This document shows, piece after piece, positions 24,343 to 37,900 of a stretch of DNA of 64,000 bases. This DNA comes from Callorhinchus milii (lineage: Eukaryota): positions 86,120,001 to 86,184,000 of the forward strand of contig NW_024704743.1 of assembly GCF_018977255.1 (NCBI RefSeq). The letters are read 5' to 3'. Position 1 is the stretch's first letter. The number at the start of each line of letters is the position of its first letter. The notes under the pieces were generated by a model. That model searched no databases. It saw nothing but the letters and a program-made list of their open reading frames with translations, and was not told the origin of the DNA. A program made the translations under genes and the position numbers.

Positions 24343-24650
24343 TAATAATAATCCTTGCATTTGATATAGCGCTTTTCTCGTCTTCTCGATGTCTCAAAGC
24401 TCTTCACAGAATAGACTGTAAAGTGAATTGATTATATATTTGTGGGCGAAACGCAGCAGCCAATTACGCACAGCAGTGTCCCACAAACAGTCGTGGATTG
24501 AAAATGACCAATTTATTATTGTTTTGTTTTGGAGGGATTATTATTAGGCGTGTGGAGTAAGGAAACTTGCCCAAGGTTTTGCCCAGCCTGAAATTGAACC
24601 CAGGTGTCTCGCTTGCAAAGCGAGTGCTCTAACCACTGAGCTACAGGACT
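24343..24650 (-). mobile_element. Family A SINE, short variant
   Basis: Reverse complement of the 20166 element, ending ...ctctaaccactgagctacaggact. Confidence 0.92.
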
Positions 24651-25519
24651 TCTTGTACATAAAGACCAGCTAATGGTCAGATGTTCCAACTAATGTTTTA
24701 ATATGAGAAAAGGAAGTAATTTCTAATTGTAAATTTTTTTCCAGTTTAAGATTGAATCCTTTAACACCAATAGAGAGCACAGTGAACTGGACATGTTTCC
24801 TCCTCCTTAGCAATTCAGGTGGTAAATATAGGTGGTGAAACAGTCACCTTTGTTGCCAAAAGTTCCTTCCAAGGTCCTTGAGAAGTAATTCTATCTGCAG
24901 ATTTGGAATCTGTGCCTGCACTTTTCTCTGGATTTAATAGTGATACAAGGGCAAAAGTATATCTTTGGATAAACTATGCAGTGATAAAGTCAATACATTT
25001 GGGGATGGAGGAAGAGACCCAAAGTATTTTTGTTGTACCATTTGTACCACTATTTAAATTGCTTTAGTCACATGTATTGTGACCAAATGCTACCACTGGA
25101 CCTCTTACTCAAGTCCACACATCTAAATGACATCTCAGCTTTATATTTTCAGAGCAGGGAAGATTTTGTGACTCTGCATTCAGTAGTGTCATAAATTAAT
25201 GTTTAAACATTAATCTGCTGTTGTCAACTTTCATAATGTAGTAGAACTCCATTAAAGATTTGCTTTGCTGTAACAGCGACAGGCCAAAGGTGAAAGTTTG
25301 AGTGGTAAAAGGGGAGGAAACTATGTGACTGTCTGGTGGGGGGTGGAAACACTGCATTAGTGTCATCCTACTCTTCTATCCTCCTTGGTCTGTGTCTGCT
25401 TCGATATATTACTCAATTTGAAGAATGCTATATAAATTCAAGTCGTTGTTCAGATTGGAACAAACAAGCAAGTAAGAAGGTCCTTGTCTAATTTATTAAG
25501 GACAACAGTAGAAGTAAAA

Positions 25520-25840
25520 ATGTTGTAATTGGCCTCATCTTGGGAAACAAAAGGTAAAACCAGCCAGGGTTCCATTCTATTTAGAAGCTCCTCCTGGAGC
25601 TTTGAATATATAGTCAACATCTGAGGATAAGTCTGTAAATGTGCCTATTTTCTCTTCAGTTTCCCCCCTCCCCCTCATTAAATAGTCTGTGGACACTCTC
25701 CGTTATGCTTGACAGATAAATAATTACTACTTAAACAAGGTACCAGATGTTAAATGGGACACGTGGAACTATACACTGATGGAGTAAAAATGAGTTGAGT
25801 GCCTTTAGGAGACAAGATGGGGGAGAAGTGAAGAAAATTG
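25520..25840 (+). mobile_element. Ancient third SINE family (AmnSINE2-like from memory), degenerate
   Basis: aattggcctca...cagccagggttcc...aatagtctgtggacactc...aggtaccaga; similar motifs at ~33740-33960(-), ~54535-54900(-) and ~59130-59790(+). Confidence 0.45.
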
Positions 25841-26808
25841 TCATGTTGTTTGTTTTTACAACCAGTAATTTCTTGAAACACTTTAACTAACTAAAATAAG
25901 AATTTTTAGACAGCATTGAGCAATGCTTTTAAAAATATTTGCAATTGTACTTGGTAGTCTTTTGTTGATATTTTAAAGTGAAATGCTCAGTGTGAATAAC
26001 AATTTTAATCCTAGGTTTTGGGGAAATAATTGGAACTTTAAAATAAAATGAATAAACTGCAAAAATTGCCTGTTTTGTGCTTTTAAAAGTCAATTTGTTC
26101 AGACTGTTGTTTGATTCCTTATAATTGCAACCAGATGTCTCTTGTTAATACTGCTGTTCTGAGATATAAATGTTTTATCATAGCTCCAAAAAGTTACTCT
26201 TTTGCTAGTATATGGCAAAGGGATAGGCAATGAAATTAACTCTGTGAGATATTTTAATTTGTTTAATACATTTTTAAAATATTGAGAAATTAAATCCAGT
26301 TCATACAATACTAAAGGTGTCTTGACTCCCTCGTCACTCACCTTCCCCAACTCGGCTCCCACTCGCGTACAGCAGAATTTCTGCCAGTTTTGATTATCCA
26401 CCATGTGATTACTCTGCATTATCGGAGATAAGTTCCACTGTATGCCCTTTTGGAGATAGAATAACCAATTATCAATGCAACGAATAACCTGGTTTGACTT
26501 GACAATTGCATCCCAAATTTTTGATTTGCTTGCTAATAGATTGCCTTATACTTGTGCTCAGTGGTCAATTTTATGATGCATTCTAGTTTCATATTTGGAA
26601 TAAAAAGGAAATTTAATGAAAGATGATACCCGAAGTCTTGACCTATTTTTAAATTTAAAATATGTACCTGCAAAATTATTGGATGTCATTAAGTTGGACC
26701 TTATTTTAAATCTGTATAAATAATAATACTGTTCCTGCAAAGAATCGTCACATGCATATGGAGTTTATTAAAAATTTCAGCTGGTACCTAACTAACTTTC
26801 TATTTCAG

Positions 26809-26943
26809 GGCCATGTAGTAATGGGAAACAATGCGGTGTCCCCATATCAGCAAGTGATTGAAAAGACAAAGAGCCTCTCCTTTCGCAGTCAGATGTTGGC
26901 TGTGAACATTGAAAAGAAAATGAACCAAAACAACAGGACTGAG
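26809..26943 (+). CDS. eif3e: eIF3 subunit E, internal coding exon (exon 12)
   Basis: ctaactaac branch point, tatttcAG|GGC acceptor, GAG|GTGAGC donor; 135 nt encoding [45 protein letters not shown]. Confidence 0.97.
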
Positions 26944-27980
26944 GTGAGCTGTGGGTCAATGTTTGAAATAGCAACGGGGGAAAGGGAGGGAGCAGTCAGC
27001 CTCTTTACCTCCACCTGAATCTCAAAGCAGACAAAACTTGATTTAGTAGCAGTAAAATAAAATGATTGGGAAATAATTAATAAGCTTGCACTTAGCATAG
27101 AATATTGTGCAGACAAACTCAACAACTATTCTGCACCAGCAACGTATTACAAAAAGTCAAATACATTTCCAATTTTCAGTGCAGCAGAATATGCAAAATG
27201 AGTTCATTATGACCCCCATAATATTATCAACAGCCATTCAGTAAAATCCCAAATGTCTGGTTCTAATAAACAGTAACTGAGCTGAATGTTGTAATAATGA
27301 AAAGCTTAAATTACTGTGATTGATTATAAAATGTATAATGTAAAATAAGTGACTTGAAAAAGGACATCTGGAGACGACTTAGCGATGCTGCACAATGTTT
27401 GTTTGAATGAGCCGTATTTAAATGTAAATTGTATTTACAAACATGTTTAGTCAAATATTACTGATTGACGTGCACTTGAAAACATAGTAAAGCATCGATT
27501 GAGCAAAGGTCAAGCCTGCTCACTCTACAGCCCTTTCTGTATCATGGATTTCACCCCATTTCCTTGGAGGAAGTCTGCAAAAATATTTTGTGAATCTCGA
27601 AGGCAATTGTGCAAATTCAGCAGAACGTTCTCCACTATCCAAATCTGATCTCCTTTCCCTCTACCAATATCTCTTATATTCTTAACCTCAGTAGCACAGA
27701 AATATAGTTCTCTCATATGTTGCTTATCCACATTGTCCATGCCTTTTATGCAAGTCCTGTGAAACCATCTTTATCTAGAATGTTTGACACAGCAAATCAA
27801 ACTCACAGCTGATAGTACAGTACATACTTCAAGACATTACTGCTTGTTCTCATATTGGCATCAGCATCTAACCTTGAGTCCAACCAATTTTGTCACATGG
27901 GTGGACTTGTTATTTCCACTGCAGTAGCAACGTATATCAAAGTCATTGTTTTAGAGCTGCTTGTGAATTGAGCTGTTCCT

Positions 27981-28865
27981 CATAGAATCATAGAATTATA
28001 CAGTACAGAAGGATGCCATTCGCCCCGTCGTGTTGGTGCCGGCTCTTTGAAATGAGCTATCCAATTCAATCCCACTCCCCGCTCTCTCCTGCAATCTTGT
28101 CCTCCCCAAATAATTATCTACTTCTCTCTTAAAAGTTGTTATCGTATCAGCTTCCACCACCCTTTCAGGCAATGCATTCCAGATCCGAACAACTCGCTGG
28201 ATGAAAACATTTCTCCTCACTTCCCCTCTGTGTTTTTTAACAACTATTTTAAATCGGTGTCCTCGGGTTACCGACCCACCCGTCAGTGGAAATAGTTTCC
28301 CCTTGTTCACCCTATCGAATCCCCTCATAATTTTGAAAACTTCTATTAAGTCTCCTCTTAACCTTCTATGCTCCAAGGAGAATATTCCTAGCTTCTCTAA
28401 CCTCTCCTCATAACTGAAGTCCCTCATTCCTGGTACCATTCTGGTAAATCTCCTTTGCACCCTCTCCAATGCCTTGACATCCTTCCTAAAGTACTCTAGC
28501 TGAGGCCTAACCAGTACTTTTGTATTCTACGCTCCTATTTATAAAGCCTAGTGTCCCGTATGCGTTTTTTAACAGTGTTATCTCCCTGTCCTACCACCTT
28601 CAACCATTTGCTTATATGAACCCCCAGGTCTCTCTGTTCCTTCACCCTCTTTAAGATTGTACCATCAGCTTTTATTGCCTCTCCTCATTCTTCCTCCCAA
28701 AATGCATCACTTTGCATTTCTCCACATGAAACTTCATCTGCCACGTGTCTGCCCATTTTACCAGTCTGTCTGTGTCCTCTTGCAGTCTATTACTATCCTC
28801 CACTGTACTATTTTTCTTGCTTAGTATCATCTGCAAACTGTACTCCCTGTACCCAAATCCAGGTC
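27981..28865 (-). mobile_element. CR1 LINE 3' fragment
   Basis: ORF 27996..28469 (ERVQRRFTRMVPG...RRLRGDLIEVFKI...TRGH); tail catagaatcatagaat. Confidence 0.93.
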
Positions 28866-29169
28866 AGTTTGTACCTAAGGACAACCTATGGACATTCCAA
28901 GTAATGTACAGCTTTGTATTGCTTACTAGCAAGTGACTCTTCTGTTATTTGGACCCTCCCCTTTTGGGGATGCAACCAATACCAGTGCTCCACCCAGCCC
29001 CCACCGCACCAGCTAGCGATGCGAAGCCAGAGAAAGGAGAGCCCAGAAAACAATTGTTTACATAAAGGTTCATAAGGATAAAGAACGGGCTGCTCAGATG
29101 TCCATAGGTCCAAACTGATTTTCAAAAATTGAGTGGTTTGGCTGGGTACACGGAGGGTAAATAAACCAC

Positions 29170-29352
29170 AACGGCTGTTAAAACAGTATTTAAGGAGGAA
29201 TTTGAATAAATACTTGAGGAAACATAATCCAAGGCTATGGGGAAAGAGCAGGAGAATGGGATTAGAATAGTTTGCTCTATTGGGGGAGTAAATATCAGAA
29301 AAGACATTGGAGGTTGAATGGCCTCTTTCTGAGCTGCAAATTTTCTATGATG
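29170..29352 (+). mobile_element. CR1 3'-tail remnant
   Basis: ggctatggggaaagagcaggagaatggga...gaatggcctc...ttctatga. Confidence 0.7.
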
Positions 29353-29964
29353 CACCATGTAGGTCTAGTAAATATGGCCCGGTTTGCTTTCTTGACTTTA
29401 TTAGTCTGTACCTAGTGATGAGAGCAGCCAGTCACCAGGGAGCAGCAAACTACTTAACTTGTATTGTAGTATAGGACATTATTTCACAGATTTTAGCCCT
29501 TGAGGGCTTAATTTACTGCATTTTGTCAATGTAGAGTATCAAGAAAATAACCTGATGCGTACATCTGCACAAAGCAATGCCTCATCCTAAGAAGTCCCAG
29601 TACTCACTAGATATGCTACTTGCCTTGTACTTTCAGAATTTTTCCATCTCTTACCCAGTATATGTTGACCTAAGTATATTTAATATGTGAGCACATCTGT
29701 ATATGACAAGCCATTCAATGATCTACATGGGAACAAACAAGGCCATTTAGCCTTCTCTGCCATCCTACAACTTATCAGTTTAAGGCAATATTCTCTTTTC
29801 TCATCCCATTTCCCTGCCTTTTCTCCATTCCCGTAATATTACTCCTCCCCCCCACCCCCCGCCACCCCAGCTATCACCATAGTAGATGCCTCCAATTGAT
29901 TCTGAATCTATGGTATCTAGCTTGAGACTTTTGTGTCTAGAAATCTTTTACCGACTAAAAATAA

Positions 29965-30160
29965 TTTCTGGTGTCCTGGCCAATAATCGCCCAAATAAAA
30001 TTGGTCATTCACTTCATAGCTGTTTGTGGGACATTTCTGTGTGCAAATTGGCTGTTGCTTTCACCCACCAAATACACGGTCACTATAATTTACCTGTGAA
30101 GCACTTTGAGACGTCCTCCCGAGGTGAAAAGCACTAAATCAAATGTAAGAATTATTATTA
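29965..30160 (+). mobile_element. Deu-type SINE 3' part
   Basis: aaattggtcattcac...gtttgtgggac...gacgtcctcccga...aaatgtaag. Confidence 0.8.
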
Positions 30161-30504
30161 CAATCCTATTAATAAAAGGAGTATGTTTGGGAGGATAAAC
30201 TGGCATTCTGCCATTTCCTTCAGTTCCTTACTCCCAAATGCACTGTTTTTATAACCCCTCTACTTTCAATCTACAAAAAAACCAAACTTTGGTCTATTTT
30301 ACACAAGCAGATTTTAATTTTTTGTTTTGCATTTTCTCACAGTTTTCTAATTCTGTCCACGGGTACCAAAATTACCTTTCGCCTGCAGAGGGGAGGTGAA
30401 TGAACATTAGATTGATTCTCAGATTTATTCACTGATCTAAGAACTGAGACGGACTACAATACTGATAGTAGAAAGTGTGGGACTCTTCAATAACTGAAGT
30501 CTGA

Positions 30505-31215
30505 GCCAATCCAAAACCTTGGCATCTTGTTTGACCCTCAACTGTCCTTTCTAGCCCATATCAGTGTCATGGCCTGCTCTGCCTTCCCCCACCTCCAGAA
30601 TATCGCCCGGCTCCGCCACTGCCACACCCCTCAGGCCACCGAAACCCTCATCCATTAATTCATCACATCTAGGCTCGACTATGCCAAGTCCTTGCTTTTC
30701 AGCTTTCCCAACTCTTCTCTTCACAAGCTGCAGATCATCCATAATCTGCAGCTTGTATCCTCTCCTGCACCAGGCTCCGCAACCCTATCACTCCACCCTT
30801 ATCTGGCTCCACTGGCTAACCATCCCCTAGAAGATAGATTTCAGAATCCTCGTCCTTGCCTTCAAGGCCCTTCATGGCCTTGCTCCTCCCTACCTCTGAC
30901 CTGCTGACCCTATATCAACCTGTCCGCTCAACAGGTTCTAGCCTGCTCCACCATCGACAGTCAGGCTTTTAGCTTCTCTGCCCCCACCCTTTGGAACTCC
31001 ATCCCACCATCCCTTTGCCTCGCTCCCTCCCTTGCCTCCTTCAATTCACATCTCAAGACCCTCCTCTTCAACCGCGCCTTTGGCCACTCTCCTACCCTCC
31101 CTGCCCTCCACCCCCCTGATCCCAACCCCTGCTTGGTTCCAAATCCTTGACTCTGCAGCACCTTGGGATGTCCTCCCGATGTGAAAGGCACGATACAAAT
31201 GTAATTTTGTATTTT
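30505..31215 (+). mobile_element. L2 LINE 3' fragment
   Basis: Homologous to 690-1320 (ggcatcttgtttgaccctca...LHKLQII...gggatgtcctcccgatgtgaaagg). Confidence 0.88.
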
Positions 31216-34200
31216 TTGTATTGTCTGTTGTATGAATTGGAAAAATATTTATCTGCTGCTGTGAGAACTGTTAGCTCCAACTGCCTAGTTAACAAAAACA
31301 TGGCTTCCTTTTCTCAAACTTTGAATTGATTTATTTGAGTAAGCCACGGCATGTACCCTAATCAGTATAACATGGCAGGTGAAAGCTCCAGCTGTTTGTA
31401 CCAGCAATCCTGTAATTAGAGGAAAAGATGACTAGCTCGGTGATGACAAACTAAAAGCTGCCTTTGGTCTCCTCAACTTCCTCAGGCTGTATAAGGCTTT
31501 CCTTCTGTGAATTGGTTTTGAGATTTTTTAATAGCTGCACTAAAGAAAACTTCCCAGTCATGCCATGCTGTATTGCAGCATTGTCTCTGGTAAAATACTG
31601 TAACGACTCTCGAGATGGTGCTTGGAAAATTGCAACAGAAGTGTAGTCTTTGCTGACCCAAGAAATGAATGCAGTGCCCGGTGAGAGAATGTTTGGTTCC
31701 GCTCGCAAAGCTCGACTGCAGTTTTTAACTGCTCCGGTGAAATATGTTAATGTGTTACTGTTTGACAAAGTCTCTTAGGATGAGATTATTTAGGAGTTTA
31801 AGAAATTAAGTTGTTTAATCTTCCAGAGTTCAGGTGGTTAAGATTCTGGGATTTCTGCACACTCTCCTGTCCTCTGAACCATCATAATCATTAGATTCAG
31901 CTCAAAGCAATTTATCCGTCATTAAGCAATTGAATGTTCAGCAGTTTTTCTTTGGAAGAATTCCCTGCTGTATGTCATGGCCAAAAATGAAAGTTTAACA
32001 TTTTATGTATAAGGTGCATATATAGAAGCATACATAAATGTTTTTATATGTACAATGTACACAACATTCCACAATGTACACATGCGTACTCATGTATTCA
32101 GAAGCTCAGATCATTCTTGGAATGTTTTGCTTCTGTATCCATATTAGTACATGAGCACTAACCTGCTGTATAGCGAGCGGTATACAACCGGGGACCTGGG
32201 GTACCCCCAGTCACTAGGGGTCAGTGAAGTTTTGACTAAATCTTCATTTTAATAATTGTGCAAATTGAAACTGCTTGGGTTTTTGTGACTACCAGTAACT
32301 TAGTTGTGTAGAAGGGCTAGTTTGTACAAATTCAAAGTTCAAAATGCTACTGAGCACTTACTAAGGAAAATGTGCAATTGTAAACATTAGATTTTTAAGT
32401 TCTGTATCAAGTTAGCAATAGTCATTAACAACTCGGAGTTAGACATGGCTGCAAGGCCAGTAATGACATCTGGTAGTAATTTTTCACTTGTTCTGATTGT
32501 TGCGTTAGTTCTGCTGTAGCTGCTTAGCATAGCAGTATTCATAACTTTTGACAAAGTGCAAAGACCCTGCTGCATATTGTAAATTTTGCTGAAATGAGCA
32601 GTTTTCCTTGGCTTAACAGATCAAGCCTCAAAGTGCTCTGAGGTATTGCCTTAATAAATGCAGTGTGCGTCTGCTTGCTGATCAAATCAATATTGACAGG
32701 GTATAGTGGAAAAGTTGTGCGGTTTGGGCAGAATGTTATGAAGTACCAGCTCATAACTAACTTAAAACTAGTGTCCTAATATTTTCCTTTCAGCGCTGCA
32801 GATTAGTAAATTTGAAACTTGCATGGTATTAATCTGCAAAGGAACTGGAATGATTTATACTGTTGGAAATCCCAGTGCATTATGCTCATTGCTCTTAAAA
32901 CACTTCGGTCACTCGTTGGAGAAGACGACTTCTGTACACTTCTAATTGATTTCTGTTGGTCTGGTTTTGATTGATTTTGAATAGAATTTCTGTTAGTTGT
33001 TCAACAGTAGTAGACGGTGTGGATTGCTGACCTTCCCATTGTGGATGAGTAGGATGTGGCCCCTACCTAAATAGCCTTGCTGTGCTTTTCCACCGGTGGG
33101 AGGGGACTGAAATGTCGGATAATGATCATTCAAAAAATATAAAAAATAATTCTTGCGCTTGCCAATAACATTAAAAGGCTCAAGTGCTTCAATGGGAATT
33201 GTTCTGAAGTGTAATGTTTGTGAGTGTTATGTTTGCGCAAGGCATTATCTCGCGAATAGCCTTGAAATTTATAAGCTATTTATTTGGAGGATCGTGGCCA
33301 GGACTACAAGGAGAAATTTCTCTTTTATATAGTGTCATGGGATCTTTAATGGTTACCTGAACAGGAAGGTTGTTTTACCATTTCATTCTAAAGAGTTCCA
33401 CCTCCAATAATGTAGCTCCCCCTAGCACCAAACTTTGATCTTAAGTAATTATTTATAGATAAACATGGTAATGCATTGCCTGTTGAACGGTACTGTATTA
33501 TCTTGCTACCGTGGAAAGAGGAGAATATATATATAAACATTTTTTCTTGTTTTGCTCTAAGGGAGTGACATGTATAGGACAGTAATTGTGTAAAATAGCT
33601 GCTGCATTTGTTCCACAGCATTCGTTTCATTTTCTAATCTTATTTTATGCAGTAATTTGAGATGTTTCTGATGTGAAAAATGCTGTGTAAGTGGGTTATT
33701 AACTACATACATAGGAACCTAAAATTCCTTTTTTACATATGGGTTTAGCGGGGCTCACACACCTTGCAAATTAGAGCTCAGGTTGTTGTTTGAGTTTGGG
33801 GCTGTCCTGGCTTAGCCTGAACCAATGTTCACATGCAACTTCACCTGGGAGTTTCTGGATAGAGATCAGATGCAGGAACTCCATGCAATTTGCTTCCCTC
33901 TGACCTGGGGTCTGGAGGCTAGTCCCAAATGAGACTGGGATTATAACTTTACCACTCACTGGCAGCTTCTTGCACTCTACTCACTGACATCATAAACCTC
34001 TCCCTGTACACTAGCATTCCTTTAACAATATCCGTCATCACCTCTATCCCTAAAAATCCCTCCCTGGACCCATCCCTGCTCTCATGTGCACTAGTTGTGT
34101 GGGGGAATACAGCTTGTAAGCTTATGTTTTCTGTAGCTTACTACAAGGAGTAGAAGAGATTCCATTCTGCCATCTTTGATTCATATTCTGGGAGACATTA

Positions 34201-34581
34201 CTTCATTACCTTTTGCTTTACTGGTGTGTAACAAACCTTTTTCAGCTAAAGTTGACTCACAAACAAAACAGTGTTTCTAAAAAAAATCTGTGTGTTTATA
34301 TGTCTGTGTGTTTATAATGCATTTGTACCTACACAGTTTGGCCATTACTCTGATTACTTTAAGAAAAACACCAATGATTTCCCCTGGTGATAATAAAAAT
34401 GACTAGCTCTATTTAGCTATAGCACAGGAAAGCCTGATGGGGATTCTGTTCTGTGAAATCCATGAAATTTACAGTTTTAATTCCCTTTTTGAGCAAAACT
34501 TATGAACATAATGATGCCATTCTCCTAATTGTTATTGAAACTAACCATGCTTCATGCTCTAATTACTTCATTTACTTTATG

Positions 34582-34940
34582 TAGTCCTGTAGTCAGTGGT
34601 TAGAGCACTTGTCTCACAAGCGAGAGAACCTGGATTCAATTCCCAGGTGAGGCAAAATATTGGGCAAGTTTCCTTGCACAATATGCCTCTGTTTATTTTG
34701 CAGTAAACAGGAATCCAGTTGTTCGTTGATTGGCAGATAGCTTTTCCGAGGATAATAATCCTGTAAAAAAAATTTGGTCACTCAATCCACGACTGTTTGT
34801 GAGACACTGCTGTGCGCAGTTGGCTGCCGTGTTTCACACACAAAATATACAGTCAATTCACTTTACAGTGTGTTCTGTGAATCTCTTCAAGAAGTCTCAA
34901 AGACATGATAAGGTGCTATATCAAATTCAAGGATTAATAC
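34582..34940 (+). mobile_element. Family A SINE, long variant
   Basis: agtcctgtagtcagtggttagagcac head plus the extra gcctctgttta...gttgattggc segment. Confidence 0.85.
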
Positions 34941-34981
34941 TATCGGCAGCTTTGTCTTTGACTTTTAAGATGGGTGTCAAT

Positions 34982-37900
34982 AACAACAACGCGTTTATAT
35001 AGCGCCTTCACACGGGGTAGCATCCCGGAGCACTTGACAGTGGCGGAGTCTGACCCAGAGCCAGGGGGAGAGGGAGGGCAAGGTGACCGTAAGCACGATC
35101 AAAAAGGAAAGTCTTTAGGCGGGACTTGAAAGTGGGTGAGGTGGGGAAAGTCCGAGGGATTGAGGGAGAGAGTTCCAGAAATTTGGGAAATAGTGGCTGA
35201 AGGCACGGACACTGATTGGGAGCGGAAGGGGCGAGGGATGAACAGGAGGCTGGAGCTAGCCAAGCGGAGGCAGTAGGTAGTGGAGTAGCGGCTAAGCAAA
35301 TCAGTTAGTTAGGGAGATGCGAAGGCATGAAGGGATTTAAAAATGAGTGAGAGGATCTTGAAATCAACCAGTTCGATAATTGGGTGCTAGAGGAGCCTGG
35401 CCAGGGCTGGTGTCATGGGGGTACGGAGTTCTGTGCGGGTGAGTATCCCGGCGACGGAGTTTTGAATTAGTTGAATTTTGTGCGTGGTGAAGCTGGCGAA
35501 ACTAGAGAGGAAGGCATCCAACCGAGCCGGGAAGTGACAAAGGCGTGGACGAGGGTTTCGACCGCATTGGTTGTGAGATATGGACGGAGGCGAGCAATGT
35601 GACGGGAGGTGGGAAAAAGCGTCCTGGTCAGAGAACTGATGCGGGGTAGGAAGGAAAGCTGATGCCTAAGTTACGCACGGGTTCGGTGAGTGAGGGAGAG
35701 CCCGGGAGAGGTTGAGGAGTTCAGACCCCGCAGGAGAGAAGATGTTGACAGGACCAAAAAGTACGGCTTCCTTCTTGCCGACATTAAGCTGCAGGGAATT
35801 TGCGCTCATCCAGGCCTTGATTTCCGTCAAACAAGCTGACAGGATATCAGCGGACTGGGAGTCGCAGCTGGAGGAGAAATAGGTTTGGGTGTCATCTGCA
35901 TACATGTGGAAATTGACCCCATGGCTTTGGATGACATCGCCGAGAACAACAACAACAATAGCAAGATTACATTTGTATAGTGCCTTTCCCAAGGCGCTGG
36001 ACAGAGTATAGCATTTCAGACCCGAGCTGGGGTCAGGGGGCGAGAAGGGAGGGGAGGTGAAGGGGGGTGGCCGATGGCATGGTCAAAGAGGAGGGTCTTG
36101 AGGCGGGACTTGAAGGAGGCTAAGGAGGGGGCGAGGCGGAGTGACCTGGGGATGGAATTCCAGAGTTGGAGGCAGATTGGCTGAAGACTCTCCCGCCAAT
36201 GATGGGGCGGGTGGATCGGGGGACATGGAGCAGGCCGGAGCCGGCTGAGCGGAGGGAATGGGCAGGTTGGTAGGGGTTTAGGAGATCGCAGAGGTAGGGT
36301 GGGGCGAGGCCATGGAGGGCTTTGTATGTGAGGACCAGGATCTTGAACTGGATCCTCTGAAGGATAGGGACCCAATGGAGTCGGGCGAGAGTGGGGCAGA
36401 TGAAGTCACGGAGTTTGCTGCGGGAGAGGACACGGGCTGCAGAATTCTGGATTATCTGCAGCCTGTGGAGGGAGGAGTTGGGAAGGCTGACAAGCAGGGC
36501 GTTTGCATAGTCGAGCCTGGAGGTGTTGAAGGCGTGAACAAGAGTTTCAGTGGCCTGAGGGGTGAGGTAGTGGCAGAGTTGGGCGATGTTACGAGGTGAG
36601 GGAAGGCAGAGCAGATCATGGCTTGAATGTGGGGGAGAAAAGACAGTTGAGGGTCGAACAAGACACCAGGTTCCTGACTGGCTTGATGAATTGTAGTGCA
36701 ACCATGGAGGTTGATGCTGCCAGAGCCTGAGGTGCAGAGGCGCTGGCGCGAGCCAATCAGGAGGGCCTCAGTCTTGTTCACATTCAACTGTAGGAAATTT
36801 GCCCTCATCCAGGACTTGATGTCCAACGGGCAGTCTGTCAGGACAGCAGTGGTTCTGGAGTTGAGGGTGGAGGCAGAAAGATAGAGTTGGGTGTCATCCG
36901 CATACATGTGGAAGTCGACCCCATGTCTGCGGATGATGTCACCAAAGGGAGAGCATACAGATATTAAAGAGGCGAGGGCACTGGGGGACGCCAGACGTGA
37001 CAGTGCGGGCGGGGGCTGGAGGAGAAACCGTTAGAGGCAACAAAGTGGAGACAGTGAGAGAGATAGGAATCGAACCAGGCAAGGGCAGGTCCGCGAAGAT
37101 TGAGTAAAGCGGAGAGGCGGTGTATGAGGATGGAGGGGTCGACAGTGTCAGAATGTCATTAGTGACTTTGACCAGGGCTGTTTCTGTGCTGTGGGCAATG
37201 CGGAAGCCGGATTGGAGGGGTTCAAAGAGGGAATGGCGAGAGAGAAAGGAGCGGAGCTGGGACGCGACGACTCGTTCCAGGACCTTAGAGAGGAATGGTA
37301 GGTTAGCGATGGGGTGGTAGCTGGAGAGGAGGGATGGATCCAGGGAAGGTTTTTTCAAGATGGTGGTGATGACGGCTGTTTTTAGGGGGGGTGGGAACTG
37401 AACCGGTGGACAAGGAGAGGTTGATGACATCGGACAGGAGAGGGGCCAGAAGGTGGAGCTGGGAGATGAGGAGAGAGGTGGGATGGGATCGAGGGAGCAG
37501 GTGATAGGTTTGAGTTTGCGGACAGGCATGGTGAGGGAGGAGGGAGAGATAGGCTCGAAGGAGTATAGCCACCATGATGGGTGTCATGAGGGAGAGGTGG
37601 CTGAACGTATCACTTCGATTTTAGATTCGAGGAAGTCCAGCACCTTCTCACACTTGGAGTTAGAGGAGAGGATGGGCGAGGTATGGGAAGATGGATGGAA
37701 AAGACGGTTTGTGGTGGAAAAGAGAAGCCTGGGGTTGTCCTTTGCCTCCAAGATAACCTTGGAGTAGAAGGAGGATTTGGCGGAGGCAAGAGCCCAGTGG
37801 TAGATCTTGGTGGGTGAAGCCAAATCTGCCGATGGACCGTTAGTTTGGATTTGGTCCAGGCGCGTTCAACAACTCGCACTTGTGCCTTGAGGGAACGGAG

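Noticed and set aside
32170..32380. Possible hAT-type MITE end (gcggtatacaaccgggg...ctggggtacccccag)
   Set aside because: No matching second TIR or 8-bp TSD could be identified
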